Assembly (NCBI GenBank): GCA_035193785.1
Contig: CP136572.1
Span: 1,312,001 to 1,376,000, forward strand
Source: Planktothrix sp. GU0601_MAG3
Lineage (GTDB): Bacteria; Cyanobacteriota; Cyanobacteriia; Cyanobacteriales; Microcoleaceae
Direction: 5' to 3'
DNA: 64,000 bases
A program made the position numbers and the translations under genes. The notes below the pieces were generated by a model, which had not been told where the DNA came from, did no database searches, and saw only the letters and a program-made list of their open reading frames with translations. Shown here piece after piece: positions 1 to 11,541 of the stretch; the first letter of the stretch is position 1, and each line of letters opens with the position of its first letter.

Positions 1-863
1 ACTTCTAAGTTTTCGCTATCTTTTTCTGGGAGATTGTTCACCAAAAACTGTTGATTTTCAGAGGCAACTAAAGCCGTTTCAATATAGGATTCGGATCGGG
101 ATTGGAATGCGGTTTCTATTCCGGCACTAGCTAGTTCTACTCCCCCTTCATAAAACCCCTGATTCTCGCCTTTAACCTCACCAGCCGCTTGAAACTTTAA
201 TTGCAGTAGTCGGTTTAGTTCCTGATGGGTAAAGGCTTGTTGAGGATTTAGTTTAATGGCTTTTTTATAGCAATCAATTGCTTGATTGATCTGATTTATT
301 TTAACCAAATTTTCAGCTAGTTTTAAATAAAAAACTTCTTTATTTGGTTGTAATTCTATGGCTTTTTGATAATAATTAATTGCAGAATCAATTTCCCCCT
401 GTTTTGTGAGTAAATTTCCGATCATCCAATGAATCAATCCTTGATTGGGATTAATTTCTATTGCTTTTTGATAACAGGAGAACGCTCGATCTAAACGTTC
501 TTTAATAAAATAAATACTGCCTAAATTAGCATGGGCTTCTGTAAAATTAGGTTGTATTTCCAGAGCTTGGGCATAGGCCCAAATCGCTAAATCTAAGCGA
601 GATTGAATATAGAGGGCATTGCCCACCACCAAATACGCAGAAGCTAAATCCGGTCGTAAATTCAGGGCTTGATGTAAATAGTTAATTCCGTCTTCTTCCC
701 TACCGACTAAAATATAAACTTCCGCCAGTCTTTTATAAACTTCTGCATCTTGGGCATCAATCCCTAAAGCCTGCTGAAATACATGAATTGCAGCTTCCAA
801 ATTTCCTAATTCTTTAAGCTGAATTCCTTGTTTTAATAGGGAAGAAACCGAATCTAAACTCAC
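1..863 (-). CDS. TPR-repeat protein, 5' part (runs off the window start)
   Basis: Manual translation from GTG at 863: MSLDSVSSLLKQGIQLKELGNLEAAIHVFQQALGIDAQDAEVYKRLAE..., continuing with TPR-like helices; not in the ORF track because it is truncated. Confidence 0.8.
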   Translation of the reverse strand, partial: MSLDSVSSLLKQGIQLKELGNLEAAIHVFQQALGIDAQDAEVYKRLAEVYILVGREEDGINYLHQALNLRPDLASAYLVVGNALYIQSRLDLAIWAYAQALEIQPNFTEAHANLGSIYFIKERLDRAFSCYQKAIEINPNQGLIHWMIGNLLTKQGEIDSAINYYQKAIELQPNKEVFYLKLAENLVKINQINQAIDCYKKAIKLNPQQAFTHQELNRLLQLKFQAAGEVKGENQGFYEGGVELASAGIETAFQSRSESYIETALVASENQQFLVNNLPEKDSENLE

Positions 864-1016
864 AATTCACTCTCCAATCACGAATCAAATGCCCACGTTA
901 ATCAGTATACCAATCAGTCGGTTAGTGTTGACAACTTCTTTGTGTTCGTTGTGTCTTTATGGTTAAATTAGACTTGACTGCAATTTAAAACAACCCTTAA
1001 TTGAGGATAAATTAAA

Positions 1017-1727
1017 ATGAGCCAACCAGATCCTGTAACATTAATGAAACAGTATGTGGGCAAAGCCGCCGCCGACCGAGTACAATCAGGAACGATTGTT
1101 GGACTCGGAACTGGTTCCACCACAGCTTATGCGATTCAGTATATTGGAGAACGGCTCCAAAGTGGAGAACTCAAAGATATTAAAGGGATTCCGACCTCGT
1201 TTCAAGCCACGGTATTAGCCAAACAATATGGCATTCCATTAACCACATTAGATGAAGTGGATCACATCGATATTGCCATTGATGGTGCTGACGAAGTTGA
1301 TCCGCAAAAGAATTTAATTAAAGGGGGTGGAGCCGCCCATACTCGGGAGAAAATTGTTGATAGTTTGGCGGAAGTTTTTGTTGTGGTTGTCGATAATTCT
1401 AAACTGGTTGATCGACTCGGATCAACTTTTTTATTACCCGTTGAAGTGATTCCCATGGCGATGACTCCAGTAATGAAAGCCCTGGAAAAATTAGGGGGAA
1501 AACCGACCCTAAGAATGGGGGTAAAAAAAGCTGGGCCAGTGGTGACTGATGAAGGAAATTTGGTGATTGATGTCAAATTTGATCTGCTGGAAAATCCCGC
1601 CGAATTAGAAAAAGAAATCAATAATATTCCTGGGGTTTTAGATAATGGTTTATTTGTGGGGGTTGCAGATATAATTCTTGTCGGTGAAGTGATCGACGGA
1701 CAAGCGAAAGTTCGAGAAATTTTATAA
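1017..1727 (+). CDS. rpiA: Ribose-5-phosphate isomerase A
   Basis: GLGTGST, DGADEVD and [12 protein letters not shown] motifs. Confidence 0.97.
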   Translation: MSQPDPVTLMKQYVGKAAADRVQSGTIVGLGTGSTTAYAIQYIGERLQSGELKDIKGIPTSFQATVLAKQYGIPLTTLDEVDHIDIAIDGADEVDPQKNLIKGGGAAHTREKIVDSLAEVFVVVVDNSKLVDRLGSTFLLPVEVIPMAMTPVMKALEKLGGKPTLRMGVKKAGPVVTDEGNLVIDVKFDLLENPAELEKEINNIPGVLDNGLFVGVADIILVGEVIDGQAKVREIL

Positions 1728-1781
1728 CCTTAAATAACCTATAGCAATCCTAATCAACCTCTGACTTTCTCAGAAATCCTT

Positions 1782-1844
1782 GTCGGGGTGGGTTTATTCA
1801 AGTCTTCTGTTGGTAACAGAGATTGTTTTGAAACCCGCCCCTAC
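1782..1844. repeat. REP-like palindromic element between convergent rpiA and lptC
   Basis: GTCGGGGTGGGTTT...AAACCCGCCCCTAC inverted ends; similar copy at 57570-57631. Confidence 0.7.
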
Positions 1845-1905
1845 TAATTAATCAAGTCTTTAAGCACTATGGGAAAAATCACGATTAACCCGGTTTTCGA
1901 CCTAA

Positions 1906-3033
1906 CTATTCCGGGATAATTTCTGTGACCACAGGGGTTCCCGTATTCCCGCCACTAACAACAATTGTATCATTTTCAAACCGTCCCACGGCCTTTTCTC
2001 CCATCAAACTAAAGGGGGGATCAATTTGACGGTAGACCACGTTTCCCTCTGCGGAAAAAGACTGTTCAACAATCGACCAATTTACTGTATTAGCATTAAG
2101 TTGGACTTGACGTTTTTGACCAATTCCGACCACATTTCCGGTTAAATAAAAGATATTATTTTTCAAATCTCCCCATCCTTGATTCGCGGTTAAAGTGACT
2201 TGCTGCTCTCGTTCAATAATGGTAATAAACTGGGGAGAACTAATACTTTGTTTCTCATAGTTCCATTGTAATTCCTGACTAGAAATTTGTAAAGGTGGTT
2301 GAGATAAAGCGATTTGAGCATTCTTTTTGAGAGTCCCAATTTTAGTTTTTAAATTCATTTCTGCGGTTTCCGCCACCCCCCGGTCTGTAATAGTTTGGTT
2401 TTGATAGCGCTCAATTTCGGTTTTCATATTACTGGTTAAAAGTTGTGGTTCCATTTGCCAAATAATATGATCACTTTGTAACTTAACAACCGGATCTTTT
2501 GCGCTCACGGTGGCTTTATCCCAAAATTCTACTCGTTTTTGGCGATAAAATACCTGAACTTCCCGAGCTACCGCTTGCAATTGAGCATGATCTCCGGTGA
2601 CTCCATTGCGCACTACAATAATATATTGCTGCACAATCCATTCTAGTTCTTTTCCCTTTAAAACTAGACCCGTATTTGGATCGGTAGCCACAACATTATT
2701 GCGTAAAAAAATACGTTTGCTATTCTGTTCAAATTCTCCCTGATCGGCTCTAATTTTATAGAGTAATTTTCCCCCATCGTATAATTCACCAACGGGATTT
2801 TTCACCGTTGCCATTTTCCTGTCTTTACTATAACTAACCTGCTTGGCTTTAATTTTCCATAACAATTTTCCCTGATCATCCGCCTGTTCTAAGGTGACGT
2901 CATCTAAGGTTAAAGTGCGTTCAAATTCTTCAGAAGGCTTAGATTTAGAATCCGTCGAGATCTGTTCAACATTTTTTGGGGAGCAGGCAGAAATTCCGAC
3001 TAAAATAATTACCCAAACCAGTAACAACCGCAT
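1906..3033 (-). CDS. lptC: LPS export periplasmic protein LptC (long cyanobacterial type), lipoprotein
   Basis: Lipobox ISAC; LTLDDVTLEQADDQGKLLWKIKA start and beta-jellyroll-like repeats; usual neighbour of the NYN gene and metG in cyanobacteria. Confidence 0.8.
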   Translation of the reverse strand: MRLLLVWVIILVGISACSPKNVEQISTDSKSKPSEEFERTLTLDDVTLEQADDQGKLLWKIKAKQVSYSKDRKMATVKNPVGELYDGGKLLYKIRADQGEFEQNSKRIFLRNNVVATDPNTGLVLKGKELEWIVQQYIIVVRNGVTGDHAQLQAVAREVQVFYRQKRVEFWDKATVSAKDPVVKLQSDHIIWQMEPQLLTSNMKTEIERYQNQTITDRGVAETAEMNLKTKIGTLKKNAQIALSQPPLQISSQELQWNYEKQSISSPQFITIIEREQQVTLTANQGWGDLKNNIFYLTGNVVGIGQKRQVQLNANTVNWSIVEQSFSAEGNVVYRQIDPPFSLMGEKAVGRFENDTIVVSGGNTGTPVVTEIIPE

Positions 3034-3125
3034 CTAATTTTAATAATTTAGGAATTCAGAAACTCAGAAACAAACGGAATAAAAACCAGTCTAAGCCGGC
3101 TTTTACCCCGTTGGTTTTTCTCGGA

Positions 3126-3738
3126 CTACTCCTCAATTATTTGCCCATCAATTAAACTAATTCCTGATAGGGGACGATAGCTATAACTGTGACTGCGGGG
3201 GGTTTTTTGGATTTCTTCTTTGATCATTTCTAAATCAATATAGCGATCGGCGACATTAATTAAACTATCACTGGTCATTGCTCGTAAACTCACCACTTCC
3301 ACCCGCACTCCGCGATAACTCACGGAGTCCACCGCATAGGCTAAATCTCCATCACCACTGACTAAAACCGCCGTGTCATAGGAACCCACTAAGGCCATCA
3401 TATCAACGGCGATTTCTACATCCAAATTGGCTTTTTTAGAAACCATCGGGAAGTTGAACTAAATCTTTAGAAATCACCCGATAGCCATTCCGTCGCATCC
3501 ACAATAAAAAGCCCTGTTGCTTCTCATTGGTGCGATCAACTCCCGTATAAAAAAAGGAACGTAACAACCGAGATCCGGCGGTTAAACGACACAATAATTT
3601 GCTGTAATCAATTTCAATTCCTAGTTGCAAAGCTGCATAAAATAGATTAGAACCATCAATAAAGATGGCAACTCTGCCCCTGTTTTCCAGAACTTGTTCG
3701 GGAGTAAACAGTTCTCCAGTGGTGATATGATTGAACAT
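3126..3738 (-). CDS. NYN/LabA (DUF88) domain protein; one apparent +1 error at GAAAC 3439
   Basis: FIDGSNL, KKANLDVEIAVD and SGDGDL motifs split over ORFs 3436-3738 and 3126-3446; removing one base gives ...LPDGSKKAN... Confidence 0.9.
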
Positions 3739-3851
3739 TTCTATACCTCTTTTTTTATGAAAAAATGATCCGAGTACGGGTAAAGTAAACCAACTGAAAT
3801 TGATGTTTTATGTTAAACTAGGCTATCATTAAAACCGGGTTAAAATTAGGA

Positions 3852-5460
3852 TTACACCTCCTCCACATCCTCTAACTCCAAGTGTTTAAAGACAGGTTGC
3901 CCTTCCTCTAGGGTTTGATTGGCGGGCAACACGCCCCAAATGCTCTGGGTTTCAAAAGATAGTGATGTCGTCAGTATAGTCTGGTCATTAAAATCGACGG
4001 CATATCCCAATTGTTGATAAATTCGAGTGCTAATATTGGGAATAATTGGGGACAAAAGATAGGACGATAGGCGAACCGACTCCAAAACCGAGTAAATAAT
4101 TTGAGCAACCGCTTCTTGTTTTCCTTGTTTATAAAGACTCCAAGGAGCTTGTTCATCAATATATTTATTCCCGGCTTGAATCAGGCTGAAAACAGCTTGA
4201 CAAACTTCGCTAAACGCTAGAGAATTGTATGCTTGAGTCACCGTATTTGCTAAGGTTAGACCAAGGGATTTGAGTGCATCTTCCTGGGGGATATCCTCAC
4301 TCTTAACATTAGGAACACAACCGTTAAAATATTTATGCGCCATTTTCAGCGTGCGGTTGAGTAAGTTTCCTAAGCCATTGGCTAGATTAGCATTAACCGT
4401 ATGAACAAACCGAGTCTGACTGTAATCACCATCCTGTCCAAATTCTATCTCTTTCAAAAAATAAAAGCGAATAGCATCTGAACCATACTGATTGACTAAA
4501 GCCACGGGATCAAGCGTATTTCCTAAACTTTTGCCCATCTTCTTCCCATCTTTGGTTAAAAAACCGTGTCCAAATATACGACTGGGTAGAGATAAACCTG
4601 CGGACATCAACATAGCCGGCCAGTAAATGGCGTGGAAACCTTAAAATATCCTTACCAATCAGGTGCAAACCAATCGGCCACCATTTGGATAAAGCATTAT
4701 CTAAGGTGGGTTCATCTTCGGGATCAAGTAAAGCGGTTACATATCCCAATAAGGCATCAAACCAAACATAAATCGTATGACTCGGATCGGTGGGAATGGG
4801 AAATCCCCAGTCAATGTTAACGCGGGAAATCGAAAAATCCTGTAGTCCCCGCTTCACGAAGTTCACGACCTCGTTGCGCCTACTTTCCGGCTGAATAAAC
4901 TCAGGACACTCTTGATATAAAGTTTCTAACTGTTGCTGATAATTAGATAAGCGGAAAAAATAGTTCTGCTCATCCCTCCATTCTACTACTTTATTCGTAT
5001 GAATGGGGCAGAATTTTCCGGGTGCTAATTCCCGTTCTTCTTTGTATTCTTCACAGGCGACACAATACCAACCCTGCTGCTGGCTGAGGTAGATATCCCC
5101 TTTATCCCAAACCCGTTGAAAAAACTCTTTGACAATGGCTTCGTGACGGGGTGCCGTCGTCCGACTAAAGCGATCATACTGAATATTAAACCGCTCCCAC
5201 AAGGAGGCGAAACTAGAGGCAACTTGATCACAATGATCCTGGGGCAAACGACCTAACTCCTCCGCCGTCCGTTCGATTTTTTGACCGTGTTCATCAGTGC
5301 CAGTAATTAGGAGAACGGATTTTCCCTGGAGGCGTTGAAATCGAGCGATTGCATCAGCCGCCATTGTTGTGTAAGCACTACCAATGTGAGGAACATCATT
5401 GACATAATAAAGGGGTGTTGTAAGAGCAAAGGTATTTAAAGGGTTTTGTGTCAATTTCAT
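3852..5460 (-). CDS. metG: Methionyl-tRNA synthetase; one apparent +1 error at GAAAC 4635
   Basis: HIGS, GTDEHG, YVWFDAL, GKDILRF(HAIYWP) and KMGKS motifs across ORFs 4510-5460 and 3852-4613. Confidence 0.96.
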
Positions 5461-5764
5461 TTAGATTTATTGATTTAAAGAAGTTTTAATCGGATCTAGG
5501 GGTTATGATTCCCAGTGAATCTTACTTTATTATCGATGATTGCTAAATTCTACAGGAGTAGACATTGGCAAGGCGCGATCTTTAAACCCACAGATTATAA
5601 TACGTTCTTTAAAAATTATCCAAAATTCTCAAACAAGTCTTAACTTTCTGGTCAAAAATATAACCAAATATTATGACCAATATTAAACAATTAAACATTT
5701 TGGGGTCTCCGGTTGGGTAGTCCAGGGCACTAAAAATAAATCACCGATCACCGATCACGGTAGG

Positions 5765-7096
5765 ATGAACCATGACGCTATGCCATCACTACTATCCATG
5801 ACCTACGACCAATCCGCCGAACAGCTATTAGAGTTAGCTGCCGCATCGGGCGCTGAGGCTGCGGAAGTGTTTCAATCTCAATCCCTATCCAAGCCGATTT
5901 TTTTTGAAGCCAATCGACTCAAACAACTGGAAACTAGCCAATCGGAAGGGACAACCCTGCGACTGTGGCGAGATGGACGTCCGGGTTTGGCCGTTGCCTA
6001 TGGGCCAGTGGAACCGGAAAAATTAGTCACCCGGGCGCTGGCTTTAAGTACCCTAAATCAGCCGGAAACCATTGAATTAACTGAATCCAAGACTCAATCC
6101 ACCTATCCCGATATTGGGGAAACCGTACCCGTTGAACAATTGATCAGTTGGGGGAAACAGGCGATCGCATTAATTCGGGCTTCCTATCCTGAAGTCCTAT
6201 GTGCAGCCGAATGGGATTGCGAAGTCGAATCAATTCGCTTGATTAACTCCCGGGGACTTGAATGTAGCCACACCGACACCACCCTCAGTGGCTATATGGA
6301 AACCGAATGGGTACGCAAGGATGATTTTTTATATGTTTCCGATGGCCAAACCCAACGGGATATACTCGATCCCAACCTCCTCGCCCAACGGATTTTAATG
6401 CGCTTAAATTGGGCGAAGAATAATGTGCCTTCTCCCGTTGGTCGGATTCCGGTGTTATTTACCGCTAAAGCCGCCGATATGCTCTGGGGAACCCTTTCGG
6501 CTGCTTTGAATGGGAAACAGGTCTTGGAGGGGGCTTCTCCTTGGAGTGATCGCCTAAATACCCCCGTCGTATCTCCCCTGTTAACCCTATATCAAGAACC
6601 CGATGCCGGGCCCTTTAGTTGTCCCTTTGATGATGAAGGGATACCCACCCGTCCGATTACTTTTATTCAAAATGGAGTTTTAAAACTATTTTATACCGAC
6701 TTAACCACGGGTCGCACCCTGGGAAGTGGTACAACGGGAAACGGATTTAGAACCCATTTAGGCAGTTATCCCACCCCTGGTTTATTTAATCTTTTATTAC
6801 AACCGGGTAAAAGTTCTTTAGCTGAGTTAATTAAAGGTTTAGATCGGGGTTTAATTGTCGATCAAATGTTGGGAGAAAGTGCGGGAATTAGTGGGGATTT
6901 TTCGATTAATGTGGATTTAGGATATCGAGTTGAAAAGGGCGAAATTGTCGGACGGGTAAAAAATACCATGGTCGCCGGAAATGTTTACACCGCCCTTAAA
7001 CAAGTTATAGAATTAGGGGGTGATGCCTCTTGGAATGGTTCCTGTTATACTCCTTCTATTATTCTTGAAGGGTTATCCGTTACGGGGAAGGGTTAA
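5765..7096 (+). CDS. TldD/PmbA family protein
   Basis: PFDDEG motif, SGDFS...GYRVEKGEIVG and GSCYTPSI C-terminus. Confidence 0.9.
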   Translation: MNHDAMPSLLSMTYDQSAEQLLELAAASGAEAAEVFQSQSLSKPIFFEANRLKQLETSQSEGTTLRLWRDGRPGLAVAYGPVEPEKLVTRALALSTLNQPETIELTESKTQSTYPDIGETVPVEQLISWGKQAIALIRASYPEVLCAAEWDCEVESIRLINSRGLECSHTDTTLSGYMETEWVRKDDFLYVSDGQTQRDILDPNLLAQRILMRLNWAKNNVPSPVGRIPVLFTAKAADMLWGTLSAALNGKQVLEGASPWSDRLNTPVVSPLLTLYQEPDAGPFSCPFDDEGIPTRPITFIQNGVLKLFYTDLTTGRTLGSGTTGNGFRTHLGSYPTPGLFNLLLQPGKSSLAELIKGLDRGLIVDQMLGESAGISGDFSINVDLGYRVEKGEIVGRVKNTMVAGNVYTALKQVIELGGDASWNGSCYTPSIILEGLSVTGKG

Positions 7097-7100
7097 TAGG

Positions 7101-7128
7101 GAATTACGAATTACGAATTACGAATTAC
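7101..7128. repeat. STRR heptamer array (GAATTAC)x4
   Basis: Direct reading. Confidence 0.9.
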
Positions 7129-7167
7129 CCATTCCCTTAAAATACTATCTACTAAAAAACCATAATT

Positions 7168-7866
7168 ATGATTGAATTCAATCAATTTGAAGCCTTGAGT
7201 TTTGATTGCTACGGCACTTTAATTGATTGGGAAAGCGGAATTACTCCGGTTTTACAACAATTGGTTAATGCCCATGGAATTGAGATGAGTAATCAACAGT
7301 TACTTGAATTATTTGCTATATTGGAACCGGAAGCCCAAACTGGAGAATATAAAACCTATCGGCAAATTCTCCGAGAAGTTGTGCAGAAGTTCGGAGAACG
7401 TTTGGGGTTTTCTCCGACTCCCAAGGAATTAGAAAGTTTAGCCAATTCTATTCAAGATTGGCAACCCTTTCCTGATACGATAGCAGCACTGAAAGCCTTA
7501 AAACAAAAGTATAAATTAGTGATTATTTCCAATATTGATGATGATTTATTTGCCCAAACTAACCAACATTTGCAAATAGAATTTGATTATATTATTACGG
7601 CACAACAAGCTCAATCCTATAAACCTTCTGCCCATAATTTTCAATTCGCCTTCAATAAAACGGGGATTTCTCCTGATAAATTACTGCACGTTGCCCAAAG
7701 TATTTTCCATGATATTGTTACAGCAAATAGTTTAGGATTAACAACAGTTTGGGTTAATCGTCGTCAAGGACAACCCGGAGGAGGAGCAACGAAAGCTGCG
7801 ATCGCCCAACCAGATTTAGAAGTACCGGATTTAAAAAGTTTAGTTGACTTGATTTTTGAGGTTTAG
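7168..7866 (+). CDS. Haloacid dehalogenase type II (HAD superfamily)
   Basis: FDCYGTLIDW, SN, YKP and HVAQSIFHD motifs. Confidence 0.92.
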   Translation: MIEFNQFEALSFDCYGTLIDWESGITPVLQQLVNAHGIEMSNQQLLELFAILEPEAQTGEYKTYRQILREVVQKFGERLGFSPTPKELESLANSIQDWQPFPDTIAALKALKQKYKLVIISNIDDDLFAQTNQHLQIEFDYIITAQQAQSYKPSAHNFQFAFNKTGISPDKLLHVAQSIFHDIVTANSLGLTTVWVNRRQGQPGGGATKAAIAQPDLEVPDLKSLVDLIFEV

Positions 7867-7996
7867 AAAATAAAGTCAGGTTTTGGATGGGTTTTAGCTG
7901 ATTTAGGATACAGAATCTCAGATTGACATTCAGCCAAGAAAGAATTACAATCTCTTTAATATAGATATCCTCTTATCTCCTCACCCCTTAACTGTT

Positions 7997-9659
7997 ATGA
8001 ATAAACTAAAACTTTTGAAATTAGCTAAACAAGGAAATTCTGAAGCTATTTCTATTTTATTAAGTCGTAAGTTAAGTACAAAAGAAATTGTTGTAAAAGT
8101 TTTTATTAAACAAGGTTGTTTAAATATTATACTAGAGTCAAATACAGTCCCGAATCAAGAGATTTGGGGAAAATTGATATCTAAGTTAATTGATTATTTG
8201 GGTTTAACTTTTATCGAGCAGGTCAAAATTTCTGCAAAGAAAGCAGGTGAAGATATAATAGAATGGAGCCAAACATTTGAACAATTACAAAAAAATGCCT
8301 CTCAAACAGTTCAGGAAATTAAAAATCCAGGAGAAAATACCAAAGAAAATATACATAAATTTGTTGAATTTTTTACAAATCCTCCTGTAACTTTTAATCC
8401 ATTTACATCAAAATTGAATCCTTTTATCAGTACACCTGTTCTACCCTATGGTTTCTTTGCTGTGGCATTTACAAACCAGGGAAAAACCTTGATTTGCAGT
8501 AAAGGCGATGGTAGTATAATATTTTGGAATTGGTTAAATAGTAAACTTGTTAAAATAGGTGCCGATAAACAGCAAAACTTCGTTGAATTAAAATGTCACA
8601 AGAAAACAATAACTGCATTTGATGTTAGTCTGAATGAAAAGTTTTTAGTAACTGCAAGTGAAAATGAACCCATCAAATTATGGGATCTAATCAATCGAAA
8701 AATAATTTGTACTTTTGGCGACAAATTAAATTCAGTTCAAGTTATTAAATTTAGTCCTAATAGTGAATTATCGGCAAGCGCAGAAGCAGATAACCGGATC
8801 AAGATTTGGAATATTAAATCTCAGCTAGAAATTTTAAATTTATCCAGCGATGTCAACTCTATTCGTTTCTCTTTGCTTTAGTGAAAATAGCGAGTTTTTA
8901 GCTGGTGCTAGTGATGATGGAAGTATCAAAATCTGGAATTTAAGCACTGGAAAAACTGTTCGTAGTTTTCCAGGTCATAACGGTGGAACTCATTGTATTT
9001 TGTTTAATTCTAAAAAGCAAATTATAATTAGTGGTGGTCACGACTGCTTGATTAAAATATGGGATGTTAAAACAGGTGAGCTTATCTATGAAATGAATGG
9101 ACATGAAGCCGCGATTACTTGTTTAGCAATTAGTTCTGATCAAAAAAACTTAGTAAGTGGAAGTTTTGATAAAACTATTAAAATCTGGAATTTTAATAAG
9201 AAAAAAATGATTTCCACGATTCATAATCACTCAGAAGTTATTACTTCTTTGGCTTTTAGTCCGACAAACAAGATATTAGCTAGTAGCAGTATTGATGAAT
9301 CTGTAAAAGTATGGGACATTAATTTTTTAAATAATAAATCAAAATTATGGATAAAGTTCTCTGGGGTAATTTTATTTTCTGTTATATTATTTAGCTTGAA
9401 TTTATTTATTTTAAACAATAATAACAAAAATCAATGTTTAAATTTTTTGTTGGATTGTATTAATCAAACTCCCTATGGTACAGCAATAATTTTATTGTTA
9501 AATATTACCTTTGTTTTATCAGTATTTATTTCGTTAACTATACTTTTAAAAATTTACAGTCCTCCATTAAGAGCTATTTTGTCAGTAGTCAAAACACCAA
9601 CTTTTATGAAAATAGTAGAATTTATTCAAATATCTGGGTCTCTATTTTTGGGTGACTAA
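7997..9659 (+). CDS. WD40-repeat protein with C-terminal hydrophobic helices; apparent +1 error at GTTTC 8865
   Basis: Several GH...SGSxDxTIKIW repeats across ORFs 7997-8881 and 8850-9659; two hydrophobic segments at the C-terminus; very AT-rich. Confidence 0.85.
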
Positions 9660-9675
9660 CACAATTAAATATTAT

Positions 9676-11488
9676 TTATTTAACCTGAAAATACCGACTA
9701 ATTAGATCCCGATTTTGTAAAGCTGGTAAATAGTTTGGATCAATTTTTAACGCTTCTTCAAAGGCATTTAAAGCTTCTGAATAGCGTTTCAAATAGAAGA
9801 ATGCCATCCCCTCAGCCACCCAAATATTAACCGCTTTTGGATCAAGTTTTAGAGCTTGCTGATAAGACTTAACTGCTTGTTGATAATCCTTTATAGCTGT
9901 GAAGGATAACCCTCGATTAAACCAAGCGGATACGGAATTAGGATCGATCCCAATAGCACTATTCGCCGCCGCAATTGCCTCTGAATATTGCCCTAAATCC
10001 CATAAAATTGCACTGGAATTAGTCCAAACCGACCCCAGGGTTTCTGTTGGTACAAAAGTGATGTCGCTACCGATCGCTCGCTGATAGGCTCTCAGGGCCT
10101 CTTGATTTTGCTGCATCGCCCGTAGGATACTGCCCCGATTAAACCACCCTTGAAAGTAGTTAGGATCGGCTGCTAAAGCCTGTTTCTGATGCGTTGAGGG
10201 CCTCCCGATATTTTTGAGCTTGCCATAAAATCACGCTTTTTGTATTCCAAGCGATCGCTGAGTCAGCCTTCAAACTCAAGGATTGATCAATCGCCAAAAT
10301 CGCTTCCTCGTAGCGTTTTAGACCTGCTAAAGCCTGTGCCTTCTGGATGAAAGTATCAGCAGGCTCACTTTCTAGCCAATGATTATCTTGTTTTAATCCA
10401 CTTTCACAAGCTGTTAGTGCTTCTTGATAATTGCCTAATTTATTCAGAGTTGCACACAAATTCACCAAAGCTAAGGCATTATTAGGATAAATTTTAATAG
10501 CTGTTTCTAAAGCCTTTTTTGCTTGATCATATTCGTTTAATTCCCCTAAATTTATTCCTTGATATGTCCAAGCCACAGCAAATTCAGGAGCCAAGGTTGT
10601 TGCTTGTTCATAAGAAGTTTTAGCCGATTTTAACCTGGAGGTTCGAGTGGTTAAAATACAATTATTTTTGACTCCAATATCTTTTTCTAAATCAGTTTTT
10701 ACCGCTTCACAACTAGCTAAAACTTGCTGATATTTTGCCAAACGACTAAAGGCTAAACCTTGCCAAAACCAGGCTTGAGCCGGAGAACTTTCTCCCCAAT
10801 TTTGATTAACTTTTAAAGCGTTCTCACAATTGGCAATTGCTTGTTCATTTTTCTCCATTTCTAACAAAACTCGGCAGCTACTAACTAAAACCATAGAATT
10901 CTGAGGATCGAGTTTTAAAGATTGATCAAAGGATGCTAAGGCTTGAGGATATTGGGCTTTTTGTTCTTGAGCTAAACCTAGACTTAACCAAGTGAGAGTC
11001 GGGGAAAATTCGTCCCAATTTTGATTAATTTCTAAAGCACTATCACAAGCGGAAATCGCCTGATCTTGTTGACCTAATGCGGAAAGAGATCGACACTGTA
11101 GGGTTAAGGCTAGAGAGTTTTTAGGTTGAAGTTCCAGAGCTTGTAAACTCGATACTAAAGCTTGATCATATCGCCCTAATTTCAATAATAGATCGCTGCG
11201 CAATTCCCATAAATCGGCTCTCTTTTTTTTACTTAAATTAATTGCTTGATTACAGGCTGATAACGCTTCTTCAAGCTGGGGTTGTTTCCGCAGGACATTA
11301 CATAAAGAAAAATAGTAATCAAAATCTCCGTTAATGGGAATAGGGGGAGTAGGAATTGCGGTCGGTTGTTGAGGGATATTAATATTAAAAGGTAAGGAAA
11401 ATTGAGCAATAATTATCGACCCCCAAAAATTAAAACTTAGATTAATAGAAGGAAAACGCACTTTTTTGATTTTATTTGTTTTGGTCAT
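9676..11488 (-). CDS. TPR-repeat protein at the distal end of the CIS gene string; apparent +1 error at GTTTC 10182
   Basis: Many TPR units (AWFNRG, AWTYQG), several with Cys pairs; the corrected junction reads ASEQALAADPNY. Confidence 0.88.
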
Positions 11489-11541
11489 AGTTTTAAAATA
11501 TAGCGGTTTTTAATCAGAGTGAAAATTATTCTATTAATTAT